DNA of 64,000 nucleotides from an uncultured bacterium (GTDB lineage Bacteria; JACRDZ01): NCBI GenBank assembly GCA_964457585.1, contig CAYWFU010000004.1, positions 13,927 to 77,926 of the forward strand, read 5' to 3'. Shown piece by piece: positions 58,867 to 64,000 of this stretch (position 1 is its first letter; each line of letters starts with the position of its first letter). The notes under the pieces were generated by a model. It saw only the letters and a program-made list of their open reading frames with translations, ran no database searches and was not told where the DNA came from. The position numbers and the translations under genes were made by a program.

Positions 58867-60006
58867 ATGACAAATCAGAAAATTTTTATTATTGCAGGTG
58901 AAACTTCAGGTGATATACATGGAGCAAATCTTGTAAAAAATATCCGCAGCATTAACCCTGAAATTCAGTTTAATGGAATCGGCGGGCAGCAGATGAAAGA
59001 GCAGAAAGTAGAACTTTTTTTCGATATAAAAGATCTTGCAATCATAGGCATAACTGAAATTTTTGGGAAAATTAGTCTTTTAAAAAGTCTGCTTAAAAAA
59101 ATTGAAGAAAAATTTCGCCTTGATCCACCTGATGCAGTTATACTTATTGATTATCCCGGATTTAATTTTAAAGTGGCAAAAATTGCTCATACACTAAATA
59201 TTCCTGTTATATATTATATATGTCCTCAAATTTGGGCATGGGCGCCATGGCGAATTAAGAAAATCAAACGTTATGTTAGTCAAGCTATAGTACTTTTTGA
59301 ATTTGAAAAAGAATTATATGAAAAAGCAGGAGTTCCTGTTGAATTTGTTGGGCATCCGATTATGGATACAATTTATCCTGAAGTAGATAGAGAAACTGCT
59401 TTAAAATATTTTAATCTGGAAGATGCAAAGCGAATAATAGCTCTTATGCCAGGAAGCAGATGGGCTGAGATAGAAAATCATATGCCCATTTTAATTAAAA
59501 TCGCCAAAAATATTAAAGATAAACTTCAGCATACTAAATTCATTATACCATGCGCTGAAGGAATAGATATGGAGTCCATAGGTGCATATATTAAAAAAAC
59601 AGGATTGCCGATAAGAGTAATAAAAGGAAAAACAAATGATGTTCTAAATGTATCTGATTTTGTTTTTGTTGCTTCAGGTACTGCAACTTTAGAAGTTGCC
59701 TGTTTTCTTAAACCAATGATTATTTTTTATCAAACCTCATTCATTAACTGGTTAATGGGTAAAATTTTTTTGATTATCCCATTTTTCGGATTGGTAAACA
59801 TTCTTGCAGGAAAACAGATTGTTCCGGAATATCTTAAATATGAAATAGATACCGATGTTATAGCTGAATATGCATTTACTGTTTTGACTGACAGGCAAAA
59901 ATACATCCAGATTCAGAATGATTTAAAAGAAGTAAAAAATAGATTAGGAAATTCAGGCGCAAGCAGAAGAGCAGCAGAGATTGTTGTGAAAATGATTGAA
60001 AAATAG
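58867..60006 (+). CDS. lpxB: Lipid-A-disaccharide synthase.
   Basis: KIFIIAGETSGDIHGANLVKNI, the canonical LpxB N-terminus. 379 aa. Confidence 0.85.
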   Translation: MTNQKIFIIAGETSGDIHGANLVKNIRSINPEIQFNGIGGQQMKEQKVELFFDIKDLAIIGITEIFGKISLLKSLLKKIEEKFRLDPPDAVILIDYPGFNFKVAKIAHTLNIPVIYYICPQIWAWAPWRIKKIKRYVSQAIVLFEFEKELYEKAGVPVEFVGHPIMDTIYPEVDRETALKYFNLEDAKRIIALMPGSRWAEIENHMPILIKIAKNIKDKLQHTKFIIPCAEGIDMESIGAYIKKTGLPIRVIKGKTNDVLNVSDFVFVASGTATLEVACFLKPMIIFYQTSFINWLMGKIFLIIPFFGLVNILAGKQIVPEYLKYEIDTDVIAEYAFTVLTDRQKYIQIQNDLKEVKNRLGNSGASRRAAEIVVKMIEK

Positions 60007-60051
60007 AGCGGCAGTGCGATAGTCTCATTTAAACTTTGAGGTTTCAAATAA

Positions 60052-61905
60052 ATGTATTCCCATTTTGTTAGATTTTTAAATCCTTACAAGAAAAAAATAT
60101 TTTTTATTTTTTTTTGTATTTTCATGTATACAATTTTTAATGCTGTTTCTATTAGCTTAATACAACCGCTTTTTGATTATGTATTAGCACCAAAAGAAAT
60201 TAATTATCAAACTAAAGATGTAATTGAATCCAGAGAAAATATTAATAGTTCAGATTCGATTTATTACAAAATTATTACAATAAAAAATACACTTAAAAAA
60301 AATATCAAGACAAAACTTGCTGGTTATTCAAAAACAAAACTATTTATTATTTTAATAGTGTTAATTATCATTTCGGTATTACTCAAAGCATTATTTCATA
60401 TTATATATACTTATTATTCTTCAGTTATAACGCAAGAATTTATTAAAGATTTACGCAATTCTCTTTATAAACATCTGCAGATTTTACCTTTAAGTTATTT
60501 CCGCCAGAGAAAAACAGGAAGTATTATTTCTCATATTACAAATGATGTTCTGCTTCTTGATGATTTTGTTTCTCAAGGAATTGTAAGTTTGGCTCTAAAC
60601 GGAATGTCAGTTATTTTTTTTATTTTTATACTTTTTTATCTTCACTGGAAACTTGCATTTTTTTCTATTTTCGTATTAATTTTTACTGTTCTGCCAATAA
60701 AAATTACAAGTAAAAAACTATATAAATTCAGTAAAAGATTTCAGGAAAAAACAGAAGAAATAACAGGAATAATAAACGAAAGTTTAAGCGGTGTGAAAAT
60801 GATAAAATCTTATTGCGGTGAAAAAATTGAACAGGATAAATTTAATAAAATAAACGACAGTATTGCACGGAATTTAATTCGTTCTATGCGTATAAATGCC
60901 ATACTTATTCCTATGGTTGAATTAATGGCTACTATTGGATTTATTCTTGTTATACTTTATGGAGGGAAAGAAATTTTAACTAATAAATTGTCAGGCGGAC
61001 AATTTGTTTTATTTCTTGGAGCTTTTTTTTCTCTTGGCAATCCGCTAAAAAAACTCAGTCAGGTAATTGAATATCTTAATCAGGGAACTGCTGCTATGGA
61101 TAGAGTTATAAGTATATTAGAAATCCCTGATTTGCAGATGAAAAGAAATTCAAAAGAAAATTTTATTGATTTAAAAAAAGAAATTAATTTTAAAGATATT
61201 TGTTTTAAGTATGGGACAGATACATACGCATTAAAAAATATCAATTTAAATGTTAAAAAGGGTGAAGTTGTAGCATTTGCAGGTGAAAGCGGTGCAGGTA
61301 AATCTACTCTTCTTGATATGCTGCCATGTTTTTTAGAACCTGAATCAGGTAAGGTAGAATTTGATGGTATTGATATTGCTGATTTTAATATTAAATCTTT
61401 AAGAGATAAGATAGGTATTGTTTCACAGGAAGCAATACTATTTCATGATTCCGTAAAAAATAATATTGCTTACGGAAGGCAGGATGCTTCAATTGAAGAA
61501 ATAATACATGCGGCTAAGCTGGCAAATGCTCATGAGTTTATAAGTCAATTAACTGATGGATATGATACAATAATAGGGGAGAGGGGAAGTAAATTATCAG
61601 GCGGGCAGAGACAGAGAATTTGTATTGCCAGAGCCATTTTAAAAAATCCACCTATTCTTATTCTGGATGAAGCAACTTCAAATATTGATATTCAATCAGA
61701 AAAATTAGTTCAGGAAGCTCTTTATAATTTAATGAAGGATAAAACTACTTTTATTATTGCTCATCGGTTTTCAAGTATAAAATTAGCGCATAGAGTAATT
61801 TTAATGGAAAAAGGAACAATTACTGCAATTGGAACACATGAAGAACTTATGGGGAAAAGTAATTTTTATAGAGGTTTAAGCAATCCTGTTGACTATATAA
61901 GATAA
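60052..61905 (+). CDS. msbA: MsbA-like ABC exporter (TMD + NBD).
   Basis: Six-TM N-terminal domain. GESGAGKSTL. LSGGQRQRICIARAIL. ILDEATSNID. Adjacent to lpxB. Confidence 0.8.
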   Translation: MYSHFVRFLNPYKKKIFFIFFCIFMYTIFNAVSISLIQPLFDYVLAPKEINYQTKDVIESRENINSSDSIYYKIITIKNTLKKNIKTKLAGYSKTKLFIILIVLIIISVLLKALFHIIYTYYSSVITQEFIKDLRNSLYKHLQILPLSYFRQRKTGSIISHITNDVLLLDDFVSQGIVSLALNGMSVIFFIFILFYLHWKLAFFSIFVLIFTVLPIKITSKKLYKFSKRFQEKTEEITGIINESLSGVKMIKSYCGEKIEQDKFNKINDSIARNLIRSMRINAILIPMVELMATIGFILVILYGGKEILTNKLSGGQFVLFLGAFFSLGNPLKKLSQVIEYLNQGTAAMDRVISILEIPDLQMKRNSKENFIDLKKEINFKDICFKYGTDTYALKNINLNVKKGEVVAFAGESGAGKSTLLDMLPCFLEPESGKVEFDGIDIADFNIKSLRDKIGIVSQEAILFHDSVKNNIAYGRQDASIEEIIHAAKLANAHEFISQLTDGYDTIIGERGSKLSGGQRQRICIARAILKNPPILILDEATSNIDIQSEKLVQEALYNLMKDKTTFIIAHRFSSIKLAHRVILMEKGTITAIGTHEELMGKSNFYRGLSNPVDYIR

Positions 61906-61925
61906 AAATATTATTATAAGGCATT

Positions 61926-63485
61926 ATGACAACCAAATTAATTTATTTTCTTACTTTTATAAGCGGAATGACTATTATGGGCATTGAAATGGCTGCTTCA
62001 CGGCTGCTTGCTCCATATTTTGGTTCATCAGTTTTTGTATGGTCAGCTTTGATTGGTTCAGTTATGCTTTTTTTATCTCTAGGATACTATTTTGGTGGGA
62101 AGATAGCTGATAGATATCCATATTTATGGCTGCTTTTTTCTATAACTTTAATTGCTGGAATTTTTACCGGAATTCTGCCTTTTTTTACAAAACCCATATT
62201 ATATTTTTCTCTTAATACTTTTCAATCGAATTCATATTTATTGTTAATATCAGCGATAATATCTTCTTTGATTTTGATTTCTCTTCCAATTACTCTTCTT
62301 GCTATGGTTACACCTTTTGTTCTTCGTATTATGCTTAATCATAAGGAAGAAAATATGGATAAAAAAAATGTAAATAATATGGAAAAAACCGGTAATATTT
62401 CCGGTAAAATATTTACGATCTCAACTATTGGAAGTCTGGCAGGTACTTTTTTACCGGTTATTTTTTTAATACCAAATATTGGAACACAAAAAACATTTAT
62501 ATTTTTTTCAATTATTTTATCTGCTTTGTCAGCTATAGGACTTTTTTTGCAGAAAAAAAATTATTTATTTTTTTTAATCCCAATTATATTTTTTTTATTA
62601 TTTTTTATAAGCGGAAATAAAATAAAGAATATTAAGGGAAGTTTATATGAAGGTGAATCTATTTATAATTATATACAGGTAATTGAAAATGAAGATGGAG
62701 ATAGAGAATTGCGATTAGAAGAGGGATATGGTGTCCATTCACGGTACAATCCTAAATATATTTTAAAAAATGATGTATGGTCATATTATTTATACGCACC
62801 ATTTTTTTTAACATCTCAATCTAAAGAGAAAAATGCACTTGTGATTGGCCTCGGTGCAGGAACAATACCTAAAGTTTTTAATAAATGCTACACTGATTAT
62901 ATGATAGACGGAGTTGAAATAGACTCCATGGTAGTAGCAGCAGGTAAAAAATATTTTGATATGAATGAAAAAAATCTTAGTATATTTATAGATGATGGAA
63001 GATTTTTTTTAAGGAGAACAAATGATTTTTACGATATCATAATGATGGATGCTTATCGTCTTCCATATATTCCATTTCATTTAGCAACAAAAGAATTTTT
63101 TGAAAATGTATATAAAAAATTAAAACCAGGCGGAGTTTTAGTTGTAAATATTGGTAGAACAATGGAAGATTACAGGTTAGTGCATGCTTTATGCAAGACT
63201 TTAAAAACAGTGTATCCTCAGGTATTCACTTTTGATATTCCTGGTTATTCAATGAATACTTTAACATTTGCGGTAAAAAATAAAGTAGAGATTAATGAGT
63301 TGAAAAAGAAAATAAATTTAGATGGAAATATTAATAAAATATTTTTAACGCAAAAATTTTTAAATGGTATAAATGAATATAATAAAGAAACAGATATGTC
63401 AATAATTACTGATGATTGTGCGCCTGTAGAAAGAATTATTGATAGTATTGTTATAGATTATGTATTGAAAAATCTTAAATCATAG
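61926..63485 (+). CDS. Membrane-anchored spermidine-synthase-like (PABS fold) protein.
   Basis: Multi-TM N-terminal half. C-terminal VIGLGAGTIPKVF, DGVEIDSMVVAAGKKYF and DIIMMDAY fit the aminopropyltransferase/methyltransferase fold. Confidence 0.65.
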   Translation: MTTKLIYFLTFISGMTIMGIEMAASRLLAPYFGSSVFVWSALIGSVMLFLSLGYYFGGKIADRYPYLWLLFSITLIAGIFTGILPFFTKPILYFSLNTFQSNSYLLLISAIISSLILISLPITLLAMVTPFVLRIMLNHKEENMDKKNVNNMEKTGNISGKIFTISTIGSLAGTFLPVIFLIPNIGTQKTFIFFSIILSALSAIGLFLQKKNYLFFLIPIIFFLLFFISGNKIKNIKGSLYEGESIYNYIQVIENEDGDRELRLEEGYGVHSRYNPKYILKNDVWSYYLYAPFFLTSQSKEKNALVIGLGAGTIPKVFNKCYTDYMIDGVEIDSMVVAAGKKYFDMNEKNLSIFIDDGRFFLRRTNDFYDIIMMDAYRLPYIPFHLATKEFFENVYKKLKPGGVLVVNIGRTMEDYRLVHALCKTLKTVYPQVFTFDIPGYSMNTLTFAVKNKVEINELKKKINLDGNINKIFLTQKFLNGINEYNKETDMSIITDDCAPVERIIDSIVIDYVLKNLKS

Positions 63486-63609
63486 GAGATGAACGACAGT
63501 TATAAAGTTTTAAAGTTAGAAGTTATAAAGTTCTTATTTGATTTAATTATTAAATAAATTAAAAAATTTTATACTTTACAAATTTTATAACTTCTAAATC
63601 ATAGGAGAT
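63477..63609. repeat. Small element with a 14-nt direct repeat (aaatcataggagat) flanking an AT-rich inverted-repeat core. MITE-like insertion or duplicated RBS region.
   Basis: aaatcataggagat occurs at 63477-63490 and 63596-63609. Internal IR ttagaagttataaa / tttataacttcta. Confidence 0.5.
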
Positions 63610-63614
63610 TTAAA

Positions 63615-64000
63615 ATGAGGGAAAACATTTTTTTAAAATTTAATACTCAATATTTAAAAATTTTTCGTTTTGTTTTATTTTCTATTTTAATTTTGGGATT
63701 AGCATGCAGTTTAAAATTACCCAAAAAAAAGAAAGATGAAGTTATAGCCACCAAACCAAATTTAAATAAAATAATAGTTCTGTATGAAACAACTGCTTCA
63801 TATGATACTTTGAACATTGAGGTTAACCAAAAAATTAATCTCATTATAGATAAATTTGTTGATACTGCAACTGGAGAAATTGTAGAAAACAGCCAAATTA
63901 TTAAGAGTAAAATAAAATGGAAATCATCAGCTTTATCAATACTGAATTGTAAAAAAACAGATGGTTATTCAAATGTAATCACTGGTGTGGGTAAGGGTAT
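63615..64000 (+). CDS. Putative lipoprotein; the 3' end runs off the window.
   Basis: ATG at 63615 five nt after the aggagat RBS. MRENIFLKFNTQYLKIFRFVLFSILILGLAC lipobox (LGLAC). Open to the window end. The ORF-track minus-strand ORF 63647-63844 is likely spurious. Confidence 0.5.
   Translation, partial: MRENIFLKFNTQYLKIFRFVLFSILILGLACSLKLPKKKKDEVIATKPNLNKIIVLYETTASYDTLNIEVNQKINLIIDKFVDTATGEIVENSQIIKSKIKWKSSALSILNCKKTDGYSNVITGVGKG

Noticed and set aside
1-64000. tRNA, rRNA and CRISPR arrays.
   Set aside because: Reading both strands, there is no cloverleaf-compatible GTTC-loop context, no rRNA-like conserved blocks, and no regularly spaced direct repeats. The repeats found are inverted or hairpin-type and irregularly spaced.

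Overview
This is a 64-kb window from a very AT-rich diderm bacterium, probably an anaerobe. LpxB, MsbA, a TolC-like protein and a GspC/D/E secretin-ATPase set point to a Gram-negative envelope; NfnAB, FabK and a short acetogen-type MetF point to anaerobic metabolism. I found no tRNA, rRNA or CRISPR. The window holds both a housekeeping backbone and accessory/decayed sectors.

Housekeeping backbone: scpAB; an M50 protease; leuA-leuC-leuD preceded by a Leu-rich leader ORF that overlaps a terminator; a MacA-MacB-TolC-like tripartite efflux pump; a GT2 glycosyltransferase; ndk; nfnAB; rpmF-plsX-fabH-fabK-fabD-fabG-acpP-fabF-rnc; a radical SAM gene; metF; an M48 protease; lpxB-msbA; and a membrane-anchored spermidine-synthase-like gene.

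Accessory or decayed sectors and unusual items:
(1) The left 10.8 kb is one tightly packed minus-strand operon. It couples a GspC-like/GspD/GspE set to a MetE-like Zn-methyltransferase, a beta-helix lipoprotein, a vWA membrane protein and a MacB-type fused ABC transporter. Two tandem copies of a nested-hairpin repeat sit across the predicted 5' end of the secretin.
(2) A third copy of that repeat lies in an accessory island at 43.6-46.7 kb. The island carries a HEPN remnant plus an MNT gene, a 290-bp duplicated fragment of the downstream protease gene, and a VapBC-like pair.
(3) An S8 subtilase with a zinc phospholipase-C-like domain (1126 aa) is separated by a single in-frame TGA from a 1749-aa multi-domain adhesin-like ORF that has no start signal of its own. 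Together they would form a ~2880-aa protein.
(4) A conserved ~55-aa C-terminal domain is shared by that giant ORF and a frameshifted repeat-protein pseudogene.
(5) A truncated mpg gene lies next to a nucleoside-deoxyribosyltransferase-like/uridine-kinase-like fusion.
(6) Several unrelated long inverted-repeat (MITE-like) elements occur, including perfect 28-bp and 32-bp arms.
(7) A TTG-initiated nucleotidyltransferase-fold gene lies next to a truncated HTH-Fic gene.
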